The position numbers and the translations under genes were made by a program. A DNA stretch of 64,000 nt from Myxococcales bacterium (GTDB lineage Bacteria > Myxococcota_A > Polyangia > Polyangiales > DASUME01), in the NCBI GenBank assembly GCA_047601445.1, contig JASGJH010000001.1, positions 2,016,001-2,080,000 of the forward strand. The letters are read 5' to 3'. The number at the start of each line of letters is the position of its first letter. The first letter of the stretch is position 1. Positions 44,100 to 54,577 of this stretch are shown in pieces. The notes below the pieces were generated by a model. The model saw only the letters and a list, made by a program, of their open reading frames with translations, was not told the DNA's origin and did no database searches.

Positions 44100-45605
44100 T
44101 CAGCGGATGAGCACCGGCTGGAGGTTTACCTGGGCGCCGTTCTTCTGGACCACGAAGCGCACGCCGCGTACGCCGTGCTTCTTGACCAGGGCTTGCTCGT
44201 TGCCCTTCAGGCGCTGGGTGAAGCGATCTTCGGGGATGTTGATGTTCTCGCCGAGGGCCTTCTTGGCCGCCACGTACTCCTGGAAGACGCGCTTGTAATA
44301 GGTGTCCTCCGGCTCGGCGCTCAGACGCTGCGCGAGCGCCGGATCGTCGATGGGCTCGTTGCCGCCGGACGTGGTGCCCGTGCTGAAGCCACCACCGCCC
44401 GCGGCAGCCTGCCCCTGTCCAGCGTCGGTGAACGCCGAGTCCTTCCAGTCCTGCTGGCGGACGTTGGAAACGCGGCCCTCGGAGTCCTCCGACTCCCCCT
44501 CGGAAACGCCGGTAAAGACGTTGAGCAGCTGGTTGATGCGGTACGCGAGACCGCCGAGATCGGGGTTGGTTGTGTCGAGGCGCACATCGGTGTTGCCGTT
44601 GATGGCGGCCAGCACGCCCTCCTCGATTTGCTCGATGGGCTTCACGATGCTGTTGCCCACCATGAATCCGTAGCCGAGCACCACGAGCCCGAAGACCAGG
44701 GTCAGCATGAGGATGGTGCTCGTCACGCCGCTCACCTCGGAGGCCTCGCGCGAGCGGTCAGCAATGACCGCGTAGGCGACCTTGGCCGAAGCAGCAAACG
44801 GCAGGGGCGCCACCTTACCGACCAGGTTGGTGCCGTCGACCGAAGCCTCGAAGGTTGGGCTGACGGTGCCGCCCATGGCTGCTTCGGTGGCGGCCTTGCC
44901 GGCGCCGAACAGGTAGCCGCGCAGCTGCTTGGCCACCGACTCCGAGAACGAGGAGCTGTACACCTTGTCGTCGACGAGGAAGGCCACGTCGCGGCCGCCG
45001 AGGCGCTGACCTTCGGCGCGCGCGAGGCCGTTCGAGAGGTCGTAGCCCACGACCAAGGCGCCCACGATGTTGCCGCCGTCGCCGCGCACCGCAGCCACCG
45101 ACAGTTCGAGCAGCTTGCCCTCGTCGTCCTTCTTCCAGACGTCGTGATGGGCGCCGCCGTCCTTCACCGCCGCGCGGACCGCAGGCAGGGCCGTGTCCAG
45201 ACGCGAGCCGTACATGCGGTTGCGATCGGCGTTGCGCGCCAGCACCTTGCCCGCGTCGTCGGTGATGACGACGATGTCGGGATTTCCCCTGGAGCCGCGC
45301 GCCGGGTCGCCGAACCACGCTGCGCTACGTTCAGCAGCGTCGAAGGCGCGCGTTCGGCGGCCTTCTTCGTCGAGCGCGGCGAACACACCGACCACGTCGG
45401 AGTCGCTCGCGCGCTGCTTGACGAGATCCTTGAACTCGAGTGCGGTCAGTCGCAGCGAGCGATCGATCAAGACTTGGTCATTGCCGATCTGCGCGGTGAC
45501 CTTGCCTGAGAGCTCCTGTCGAAGATCCGAACCCACAATCGCATACGACACGAGTCCCAGAAGCAGCACGGCCACTAGGTTCCCCGCGATAATCTTCAGC
45601 CGCAT
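44100..45605 (-). CDS. MXAN_5187-like membrane protein (TM, Cache-like sensor, TM, HAMP, C-terminal domain)
   Basis: Two TM helices, HAMP-like KPIEQIEEGV...LAYRINQLL, C-terminal RVFQEYVAAKK..GE...RF...VRFVV typical of this myxobacterial family. Confidence 0.7.
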   Translation of the reverse strand: MRLKIIAGNLVAVLLLGLVSYAIVGSDLRQELSGKVTAQIGNDQVLIDRSLRLTALEFKDLVKQRASDSDVVGVFAALDEEGRRTRAFDAAERSAAWFGDPARGSRGNPDIVVITDDAGKVLARNADRNRMYGSRLDTALPAVRAAVKDGGAHHDVWKKDDEGKLLELSVAAVRGDGGNIVGALVVGYDLSNGLARAEGQRLGGRDVAFLVDDKVYSSSFSESVAKQLRGYLFGAGKAATEAAMGGTVSPTFEASVDGTNLVGKVAPLPFAASAKVAYAVIADRSREASEVSGVTSTILMLTLVFGLVVLGYGFMVGNSIVKPIEQIEEGVLAAINGNTDVRLDTTNPDLGGLAYRINQLLNVFTGVSEGESEDSEGRVSNVRQQDWKDSAFTDAGQGQAAAGGGGFSTGTTSGGNEPIDDPALAQRLSAEPEDTYYKRVFQEYVAAKKALGENINIPEDRFTQRLKGNEQALVKKHGVRGVRFVVQKNGAQVNLQPVLIR

Positions 45606-45884
45606 ATCGGCATCTCCCCCGCGGTCGGTGGTATCACCGACGCTCGATTCTGGTCAAGAGTCTCAACAGTTTAGGGAGCTTCGGTGCCCGTGGAAACAAA
45701 CGAGCAATCCCCGTCGCACAAAAAGTCGCACCGGCCCTCGCCAAGCCCCCGCACATGATGCCCCAAAACTCGCAGAAGCGGAGAGCGCACGTCTATGCTG
45801 CGCACGGACTTTTGCTCGCGGCCCGGGCATTCTGCTCGCGCGCAGGCCCAGTGTGCTCCCCAAGTCGCCCATGCCCTCTGCTCC

Positions 45885-47213
45885 ATGACCACTCGAAGCT
45901 GCCCTGTCTTTTGTGAAACTGCGGAGCTCGCGGTCGAGGCCGCAGCGATCGCGCAGGGGCTCGCTCTCGGCGTTCAGACCCAGCTCTCGTCGAACCCGCT
46001 GGACGCCGCGGCGCGCGCGGCCCGGCCCGGTGAGCCCGCGGTTGCGCTCTGCCTGTCGGTTCCGGAGCCAGCAGCGCTGGTTTCCGCACTGGACGCTTGT
46101 TCCGCGACCGATCTGGTGGTCTTGGCCGCCATCGCCGATCGCGAGGCGCACGCACGCGGGCTGGCCGCGGACCTGGGATTCGCGTGCGTGACGGAGGTCG
46201 GCCCCGCGCTCGCCGCGGCGGCGCTGCTCCAGAGCGGCGTGGCCCGTCCGTGGAAGGCGAGCGTCCGCAAGACCTCGGTCGTGGACAAGCTACGGCTCGA
46301 AGGTGCTCTCGGCACCAGCGAACGCGGTGCCGGCAAGCTGCTATCGGTGGGGGCGGATGGCCTGGCTTTCCAGGCTACCGACGAGTCGCCCGCCATCGCG
46401 CTCGGTCATGCGCGCGCGGCCGCGGCGGCGTTGCGGGCGCTGGCCCACCGACAGACGGGTGTGCGTGCCGTGAACCGCCCTGCGCTGCCCCACGATCTGA
46501 GCGCGGCGCGCGATGTGCTCTTCGGGCCGCCGAGGCTGCTCTCGGACCCGGCGAGCAAGGCCGCCCTGTTGCCCTTCGGGCTACCCATGCCCCAGGAAGA
46601 ACTGTGTACGAGTCCGTCGCGCGCGGCGGGCGAGGCGGCACGCATCGGCTTCCCGGTGCGCATAGCCCTGGCTTCCCCGGACCTGCGTGTGTGGGACCAC
46701 CCGGACCTGTCCGTCGACGGCGTGGACAACGCAGCGCGCGTCCGCGACGTGTACCGCCAGCTCATGTCCGTCGCGGAGGAGCGAGCCCCCAAGGCTCGAG
46801 TTTTGGGCGTCACCGTGACCGCCACGACGCTTGCGCGGGCCCTGGTCCGGGTCACGGCGCGACCGATGGCGGGCGGACGTTGTCTGTTGCGCGTGGGCTT
46901 CGCCGATCCACACGGAGCGGTCGTGCGCGATGCGACGACGACGCTGCTTCCGGCCAATGAAGAGGGCATCCAGCGCGCCATCACGCGGCTCGCCGGCCAC
47001 GCCTTGCTGCTCGGAGAGAGCGCGGCAGAACGGGAGCGCAATCTCCACCTCTTGAGCGATCTGTTCGGCCGCGTCGGTGCGTTCGTGGAAGCCTTTGGAC
47101 GTGAGATCGAGCGCGTCGACCTGCATCCGCTCGCGTTGTTGGTGGGTGAAGGCGCGGAGATCCGCGAAGCCGCCATCCAGGTGACCGACGCCTTCGTGCG
47201 AGAGCTCGGTTAG
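45885..47213 (+). CDS. Acetate-CoA ligase-like ATP-grasp protein, degenerate
   Basis: LLSDPASKAALLPFGLPMP...AARIGFPV...SPD, VGFADP and EIERVDLHPL match the ACD/Pat ATP-grasp layout. Confidence 0.7.
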   Translation: MTTRSCPVFCETAELAVEAAAIAQGLALGVQTQLSSNPLDAAARAARPGEPAVALCLSVPEPAALVSALDACSATDLVVLAAIADREAHARGLAADLGFACVTEVGPALAAAALLQSGVARPWKASVRKTSVVDKLRLEGALGTSERGAGKLLSVGADGLAFQATDESPAIALGHARAAAAALRALAHRQTGVRAVNRPALPHDLSAARDVLFGPPRLLSDPASKAALLPFGLPMPQEELCTSPSRAAGEAARIGFPVRIALASPDLRVWDHPDLSVDGVDNAARVRDVYRQLMSVAEERAPKARVLGVTVTATTLARALVRVTARPMAGGRCLLRVGFADPHGAVVRDATTTLLPANEEGIQRAITRLAGHALLLGESAAERERNLHLLSDLFGRVGAFVEAFGREIERVDLHPLALLVGEGAEIREAAIQVTDAFVRELG

Positions 47214-50054
47214 CTCGCCTCGGCGAGCGCGCGGGCCAGGTAGTGTCCGGTGTGGGAGCGGGCTTCGCGGGCCACCTCCTCGGGTGTGCCAGCCGCCACG
47301 ACCTCACCACCGCGCGGTCCGCCCTCCGGCCCCATGTCGAGCACGAAGTCGGCGCAGCGGATCAAATCGAGCTGGTGCTCCACCACAATCACCGTGTTGC
47401 CGGCGGCCACCAAGCGATCGAGCAGCTCGATCAGCAGCGCGACGTCCTGGAAATGCAGGCCAGTGGTGGGTTCGTCGAGCACCAGCAGCGTACGACCGGT
47501 CACCTTGCGGGCCAGCTCCCGGGCCAGCTTGATGCGCTGGGCCTCGCCCCCCGAAAGGGTGTTGGCGGGCTGACCGAGCGCCAGGTAGCCGAGCCCTACC
47601 TCCGAGAGCGCCGCCAGCTTGGCAGCTAGCTTGGGCACGGGCGCGAAGAGCTCGCGTGCATCCTGAATGCTCATCCGCAGCACGTCGGCCACGCTGTAAC
47701 CGCGGTAGCGCACCTCGAGGGTCTCGCGATCGTAGCGCTGGCCACCGCAGCTCTCGCAGACCACGAACACATCCGGCAGGAACTGCATGTCCACGCGGAC
47801 GAGGCCGTCGCCTTTGCACACCTCGCAGCGCCCGCCTTTGACGTTGAAACTGAAACGCGCGGGACCGTATGCGCGCGCCCGCGCCTCGGGCAAGGTCGCG
47901 AACAATTCGCGGATGTCGTCGAAGGCACCCACGTACGAGGCCGGGCTCGAGCGCGGCGTGCGCCCGATGGGGGCCTGATCGACTTCGATCACCCGGTCGA
48001 AACGCTCGGCGCCGCGTAGCTCCACACCCAGGGGCATTTCGCCGCGCAGCACACCCTTGGCCGCTGGCAACAACGTGTCCACGATCAACGAGGACTTGCC
48101 GCTGCCGCTCACACCCGTGACGCAGCTCAGTGCCGCGATGGGCAGGCGCACCGAGACGTCCTTCAGGTTGTGCAACCGCGCGCCGCGCAGCTCGAGCCAC
48201 TGGCTAGGGACCCGCCTTCGACTTGGCGTCTTGATGCGTGTACGCCCGCTCAGATAGGCCCCCGTGGGTGACTCGGCCACGCGTGCGATCTCGCCGGGGC
48301 CCCCCTGCGCGATCACGCGGCCGCCCTGCACGCCGGCGCCCGGTCCCAGGTCGATCACGTGATCCGCCGCGCGAATGGTGGCCTCGTCGTGCTCCACCAC
48401 CAGCACGCTATTGCCCTGATCCCGCAATCGTTCGAGGCTCGCCACCAGTCGTTCGTTGTCCCGCGCGTGCAGGCCCGCAGAAGGCTCGTCGAGCACGTAG
48501 AGCACGCTCACCAGTCCGGAGCCGATCTGCGTGGCGAGCCGGATGCGCTCCACCTCCCCCCCGGACAGCGTGGACGCGCTGCGGTCGAGCGAGAGGTAGT
48601 CGAGCCCGAGATCGAGCAAGGCCGTCACGCGAGACCCGATATCGCGCAGGAGGCGCTCGGTGACCGGATTCTTGAGGTTGGGAGAAGAGAGCTCTGACAG
48701 GTAGGCTCCGAGACTCGCGAGCGATCGCGAGCACAGCGAAGGCAGCGTCTCGCCTTGCACCGTCACATGGCGCGCGAGCGCGTTGAGGCGGCTCCCGTGA
48801 CATTCCGGACAGGCCGTTTCGCGCGCGTAGCGCTGCAGCTCTTCTTCGAGGTATTGGAGGGTTTCCGCCAGGTCCTCCGCACGCTTGCGACGTCCGAACT
48901 CGTGGCTGCGCCGCTTCAGCCCCGGGATAACGCCCTCGTAGCCGGTTCCCTTGCCGGTTTTTGCAGGTGCATCCCCGAACAGCACCCGTTCTCGCGTGGC
49001 CTTCGGGAGCTTGGACCACGGTGCTTCGAGATTCACTTTCAGGGAGCCCGCGAGGATCGCCAACTCGCGTTGGTAAAAGGCCCCCTCTGCCCTACCCCAC
49101 GCCGCGATGGCCCCGTCCTGAAGCGACAGCTCCGCCTCCGGAACCACGAGCTCAGGCACGTAGTCCTGCGTGACGCCGAGCCCGCCGCACGTGGGGCAAG
49201 CCCCTTCCGGGCTGTTGAACGAAAAGCTCCGCGGCGTGAGCTCCGGGAAGCTCTCGCCCGTATCCACGCACACGAGGCGTTCCGACGCGAGCCAGTCGAA
49301 GCCGTCCTCCGTGGTGAAATGGGCGAACCCGCCGCTCAGCTTGTAGGCCAACTCGGTGGCCTCGCCGATGCGCTGCCGCGAACTCCCCTTGACGCGCACC
49401 CGATCCACCTGGACCTCGATGCTGTGCTGGCGTCGCGGATTCGAGCGTAATTTCCTCACCGAGGTCGCGCACTACGCCATCGATTTCGACGCGCACGAAA
49501 CCATCCTTGCGCAGGCGACTGAGCTCCTTCTCGAAGCCACCCACGCTGTCCTTGACCAGCGGGGCACCGATCACCAAGCGCACGTCCTCGGGCAGTGCGA
49601 GGATGCGGTCCACCGCCTGCTGCACGGAGAAAGCGCGCATTTCTTTGCCGCTGGTCGGGCTGTGAGGCACCCCCACCCGAGCAAAGAGGAGGCGCAAATA
49701 GTCGTAAGCCTCGGTCAACGTTCCCACGGTCGAGCGCGGGCTACGGTGACTCCCTTGCTGACGAACGCTGATGGCGGGCGACAAGCCGTCGATGCCGTCG
49801 ACGTCGGGTTTGGGCATCTGTCCGAGGAACTGCCGCGCGTACACACTCAGCGACTCCACGTAGCGGCGCTGCGCTTCCGCGTAGATGGTGTCGAAGGCGA
49901 GTGAAGACTTCCCCGACCCGCTCGGCCCCGTGATCACCACCAGCCGATTGCGTGGAATCGTGACGTGGACGTTCTTCAGATTGTGCTGCCGTGCGCCACG
50001 AACCACCAAGCTTTGCTCGCGTGGGCCGCCCACTCCCTCGCGGTCAGCCGACAT
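47210..50054 (-). CDS. uvrA: Excinuclease ABC subunit UvrA, split by a +1 frameshift at ~49440
   Basis: [33 protein letters not shown], two LSGGE signatures, Zn fingers. ORFs join as [19 protein letters not shown]. Confidence 0.95.
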
Positions 50055-51063
50055 CGCTGCCCTGGGTCAACCGCAATGCCATGTGCATGGCGGCTAGCAT
50101 ACCGTCCGCATCTGCCTGATTGGCGCGCGCTGCGTCGTAGGCCACGCCGTGGTCCACACTGGTCCGCACGAACGGCAAGCCCCAGGTGGTATTCACGGCG
50201 GCCCCCCAATCCAGGAGCTTCGAGGCGAGCGTGGCCTGGTCGTGGAACATCGCGACGACCCCCTCGATGTCTCCCCGCTGGGCCGCTCGAAACACGGACT
50301 CGGCCGGCTCCGGCCCCTTCAACACGAGCTCTCCGCTGGCGAAGGCTGGTTCCATCGCGCTGCTTCTCAGCGCCGGCTCGATGACCTCGATCTCTTCGCG
50401 CCCGAACAGTCCGCCTTCGCCCGCATGGGGGTTCAGTCCGACCACGGTCAGGCGCCGCGGACTACGCGGGTAGAGCCGCAGCAAGGCCTCGCCCAGGTGG
50501 CGGACCGTACGTGCGACGCGCGCACCCGTGATGGCGCGGGGCAAGTCGGCCACAGCGAGGTGCGTCGTCACCAGCGCCACCCGCAGCTTCGGCCCCAAGA
50601 ACATCATGGTGACGGCGTCGTCCGCGAGTCCGGAAGCTTTCGCGAGGTATTCGGTCTGCCCGACGAACGGCTGCCCCGCGCTCACGATTGCAGCCTTGCT
50701 GGTGGGTCCCGTCACGATCGCGCGCGCCCGCCCGGCGCGCACGGCGACCGTCGCCGCCGCCAGCGCAGCCAATTGCTGGCGCCCGCCTTCGGCCGATGGG
50801 GCCCGGCATTGGATGATCTCCTCTGCGACGCTGCCCGTGTGTATGAGTCCAACCCGGCCTGGCTCGAGGCTGGTCAGCGCACCCGCATCGAGACGCTGCG
50901 CGGGTAGGCCGTGCGCGTCCGCCAGGCTGGCGAGCTGCTGCGCATCCCCAAAGAGCGCAATCGGTACAGACTCGAAAAGCTGAAGAGCAGCTTGAACGGC
51001 AACCATCGGCCCCACCCCGGCCGGGTCACCCACCGGCACGGCGAGGGGAAACGATGCGTTCAC
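50044..51063 (-). CDS. pdxA: 4-hydroxythreonine-4-phosphate dehydrogenase
   Basis: [38 protein letters not shown]. Confidence 0.95.
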   Translation of the reverse strand: MNASFPLAVPVGDPAGVGPMVAVQAALQLFESVPIALFGDAQQLASLADAHGLPAQRLDAGALTSLEPGRVGLIHTGSVAEEIIQCRAPSAEGGRQQLAALAAATVAVRAGRARAIVTGPTSKAAIVSAGQPFVGQTEYLAKASGLADDAVTMMFLGPKLRVALVTTHLAVADLPRAITGARVARTVRHLGEALLRLYPRSPRRLTVVGLNPHAGEGGLFGREEIEVIEPALRSSAMEPAFASGELVLKGPEPAESVFRAAQRGDIEGVVAMFHDQATLASKLLDWGAAVNTTWGLPFVRTSVDHGVAYDAARANQADADGMLAAMHMALRLTQGSDVG

Positions 51064-51737
51064 GGAGCCTTCATTTTATAGCCTGCGCCGCGGACCGTCT
51101 CGATGGGATCCGCGGAGGAGCCGAGCTTCATGCGCAGACGGCGCACGTGGATGTCCACGGTGCGGCTGCCGCCGTAGTAGTCCACGCCCCACACGCGATC
51201 CAACAGCTGCTCACGGCTGAACACCCGTCCGCGGTTTTGGCTGAGGAATGCGAGCAACGCGAACTCCTGGTGCGTTAGCTCAATCAAGCGTCCATCGACG
51301 GTAACTTCGTGGGCCGCCAGGTCGATGCACATCGAGGCGATCTTGATGCGCTCCTTGCCGGCGAACTCACTGCGCTTCCACTCTGCGCGGCGAATTCGGG
51401 TGTAGAGCTCTACTGGGACGTAGGGCACCAACACGAAATCATCGAAACCATCGTTCGGATCCAATCGCTGTGTGGCATTGACCGTGACAGCGATCAGGGC
51501 GGGCACCTCGGCGAGGGCCGGAACTGCCCGCAATCTCATGACTGCAGCACGTCCAGCCTCGACTTGATCGATGGCTTCGACGAGGATCACGCTCGGAGGA
51601 TCCGCGGCGAAATCGTGCGCCTCCAGGTTGTCCCACAGGTCGACGGATCGCATGCGGCAACCCAATTCGCCCAAAGTTGCCATGCCCCCATCAGGACGCT
51701 CAAGAACAGCGGCACCACCGACGACTAAGATCCACAT
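51060..51737 (-). CDS. OmpR/PhoB-family winged-helix regulator with an atypical receiver domain
   Basis: LTHQEFALL, RVFSREQLLDRVWG, SRTVDIHVRRLRMKLG, IETVRGAGY. Confidence 0.9.
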   Translation of the reverse strand: MWILVVGGAAVLERPDGGMATLGELGCRMRSVDLWDNLEAHDFAADPPSVILVEAIDQVEAGRAAVMRLRAVPALAEVPALIAVTVNATQRLDPNDGFDDFVLVPYVPVELYTRIRRAEWKRSEFAGKERIKIASMCIDLAAHEVTVDGRLIELTHQEFALLAFLSQNRGRVFSREQLLDRVWGVDYYGGSRTVDIHVRRLRMKLGSSADPIETVRGAGYKMKAP

Positions 51738-51873
51738 GCCTTATATGCCTCGCGGGTTTCGCCCGGTTGGGAACGGAAAAAGACTAGCGATCCGCAAGGG
51801 ATGGCGCAAATGCACAAAAGGCGAAAGAACATCAGTTTTCGCTCATGTTTCCAATGCGTTCGCTTGACCCAAG

Positions 51874-53938
51874 GTGTCAGGGATGACTAGAACCAAATCG
51901 GCACGACCAGGCCCCCCTTTGGAAGCCCATCCCGGGAGTGCCCCACGGAGCAGCTTGGCAGGGAGTACTTGGAAACTGGTGGTTACCCCACTGAACGGGT
52001 CCACCGAAACGCTCGAAGTCCTGGTGGAGGCCGAGAACTGGCTCTCTGCGCTGCGTTTGGCGCGCAAGGAGCTCGGTGAAGAGGGCGGCATGCCCCCTGG
52101 CGCCAGCTGCGTGATGAGCGCGACGGGCGAAGTCACCATCCTCGATGCCGCCCAGCACCGCCGTTACGTGCTCACCCGGGGCTCCAACCTGCCACCCGCA
52201 CCGGTGGCTTCGGTACGCCCGAGCGCGGAACCCGCGCACCCTCCGGCAGACAATCAGCAGACTTGGTCTGCTCCCGCCCCCAGCCCGGCGCCCTCCGTGG
52301 GTCCGGCTCCCACCCCTGCTCGGCGCTCTGCGACGCTCGCGTACTCGCCCGAAGAGTCCGCCGAGGCACGCCGCCTCCTACTCGCTGCCCGCCCCGGCAT
52401 GGCGCCGGAGCAATCCGCTCCGCCCCCGACGAATCAGCCGTCCGTCGGTTTCCAACTCGCACGGCCCGAGCCTGTGTCGGCTGCGCCCGCCCCCCAGGCG
52501 CCCAGCGTGAGTCCCCAGGTCCCGGTCCCAGCCCCAGCCCCAGCCCCGAAGCGTTCGACAACCGTCGCGTACTCTCCGGAGGAGTCTGCCGATTTCAGGC
52601 GTCAGCTGCAGGCCGCGGCCCAGGTGCGCAACCAACAGCGCGCGGCCAGCGAACCTCCCCTGCCGCCGCCCGATGCCCCCGTGATGGCTCCGCCTGCTCC
52701 GCCTGTGCCCCCGACCGCGCAAGCACTGCCGCCCCAGCCGATGCAGCTGCCTGAGCCGCCAGTGGCCGGCAACTCGAGGAAGGCCACGGTCGCCTACCTG
52801 CAATCGCCGTTCTCGCCCGGCGGAGAGCTCGTGACGCTGCAGTCACGTGATGAGGGCCCGAGCGCCTCGTCACCGCTGACCTATCGCGAGCGCAGCTATT
52901 TCGCGCCCACCCCCCTCGACCCAGGCCGCCTCGAAGCGCTGCTGCGCAGCGAGCTCGAGAGCATGATGCGCGAACTCGCGAGCAGCGCCCGGGGCCAGTT
53001 CGTGAACCTGGCGGTCTTCGATCACGCGTTTCAAGGACGCCCTCAGCGCCCCCCCATTGCCACGCTGCAGTGGAAGGATTGGCGCGGTGCCCCGGTGTTC
53101 GCGATGGCAGGAGCCCAACCGCTTCCGTCGTGGCGCCCCACCCCGTCTGGTGCGCCCGTGGTGACCTCGTTTGCCCCACCGGCTGCGCCGGCTCCGCAGG
53201 TCACGTCGGTTCCCGTGGCGCCCGTGTCCGTGCCCATGCCCATGGCGCCTCCCGTTGCCCCGGTCGCATTCGCGCCCGCAGGCCCCTCCGCGCCGCATGT
53301 GCAGCCCGCAGCGCCGCACGTGCAACCGGCGCCGCCGCCCGCGGCGCGCGCCCCCAGCTCGCCGATCGTGACGCCCGCGCGGGGACTCCACGAGCCCGTG
53401 AATGAGTTCGGACACGAGCCCACCGGCGATCAAGAATCGGCGCTTGGCCATCGCCTTCGAAGCGAGCCAGGACCTGTACTTCCTCGGGACCCCTGTGGAA
53501 GGGCTCGAGTTCGCAGTGAAGCTCCTGTCGGATCTCGTGCCGTGCGACGCGGTGAGCGCCTGCATCTACGACATCAACACCGACGAGTTCCGCTTCGTGG
53601 CCCTCACGGGTCCCGGCGGCTCCGAACGCCGTGCCGAAGCCGTGCCCTCCACCGAGGGCCTCCTCGCAGCCGCCGTGCGCGCCGGCAAGGACACTTTCGT
53701 CGCCAGCAACGTCGAGAACGATCCGCGCTACGACCCTGCAGTCGATGGCCGCGTCGGACTGACGGTGGACACCATCGCCTATCTGCTGCTGCAAAAGGGC
53801 GACAACCTGCTCGGCATTTTGCAACTCATCAACCGCAGGAACCGCACTGGCTTCACCGACGCCGATATGGCGGTGGCGGGCTATCTGTCGTCGCAGGTCG
53901 CGGAGTTCTTGCAGGCGCGCCGCGGCGGCCGGCGCTGA
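51874..53938 (+). CDS. Pro-rich protein with a C-terminal GAF domain, split by a +1 frameshift at ~53435
   Basis: ORFs 51874.. and 53402..53938 join as GHEPTGDQDRRLAIAFEASQD. GAF features: VSACIYDINTDEFRF, DPRYDPAVDG, LGILQLINR, FTDAD. Confidence 0.78.
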
Positions 53939-53939
53939 C

Positions 53940-54455
53940 TCATTTCGCGTCGAGCAGTGCGCTGATCTCACGCTCCAGGGCTTCGGCATCCGAAGCCTTG
54001 AAGCCCGCGTGAACGTGGCGCACCAGGCCGCGTCGGTCGATGAGATACGAGGACGGCATCTTCTGAGGTGCGTAAGCCGAGGCCACGCTGCGGCCGGCAT
54101 CGTGCAGCACCGGGAAGCTCAACGGAGAGCGCCGCAAGAACTTCTCGGCGTTCGCGCGCTCCTCGTCCTGGTTGATGCCGACGACCTCGAACCCACGTGC
54201 TTTGTACTTCTTGTACAGGCCCTGGAGCACCGGCAGCTCCTGCTTGCAGGGCGCACACCACGAGGCCCAGAAGTCCACCAACACGACCTTCCCGGAGAGC
54301 GAGCCCCAAGCAAAGCTCTTGCCCGACAGATCCTTGAGCGCAATGGGCGGAGCCTTACTGCCCGGGCCCAGCGCATGGGCGCTCAGCGCAAAGGCCGCGA
54401 TCATGAGCATGGAGAGCATGGGGAGCACGAAACGACGCAGGTTCATCGGCTGCAT
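53940..54455 (-). CDS. TlpA-family thiol-disulfide oxidoreductase
   Basis: Signal peptide; GKVVLVDFWASWCAPCKQELP, MPSSYLIDRRG. Confidence 0.92.
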   Translation of the reverse strand: MQPMNLRRFVLPMLSMLMIAAFALSAHALGPGSKAPPIALKDLSGKSFAWGSLSGKVVLVDFWASWCAPCKQELPVLQGLYKKYKARGFEVVGINQDEERANAEKFLRRSPLSFPVLHDAGRSVASAYAPQKMPSSYLIDRRGLVRHVHAGFKASDAEALEREISALLDAK

Positions 54456-54577
54456 AGGGTACTCGATCTGCGACGCCCCTCGGGCGCCCAGATTCACCGG
54501 GCCCGCCGCGCAAACCTCGTGCACGCCGCGCACCCAGACGCCCCTACATCACAGCGCGAGGCAGCCCACGCCCGTCG

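Noticed and set aside
47210..50054. uvrA pseudogene or programmed frameshift
   Set aside because: Only one lesion, all motifs intact, no slippery run, and the same context as two other frameshifts, so an artefact is more likely.
52528..53335. CCAGCC tandem repeats and a 21-bp duplication (APHVQPA x2)
   Set aside because: In-frame low-complexity linker repeats; no CRISPR repeat-spacer structure and no frame-switching potential.
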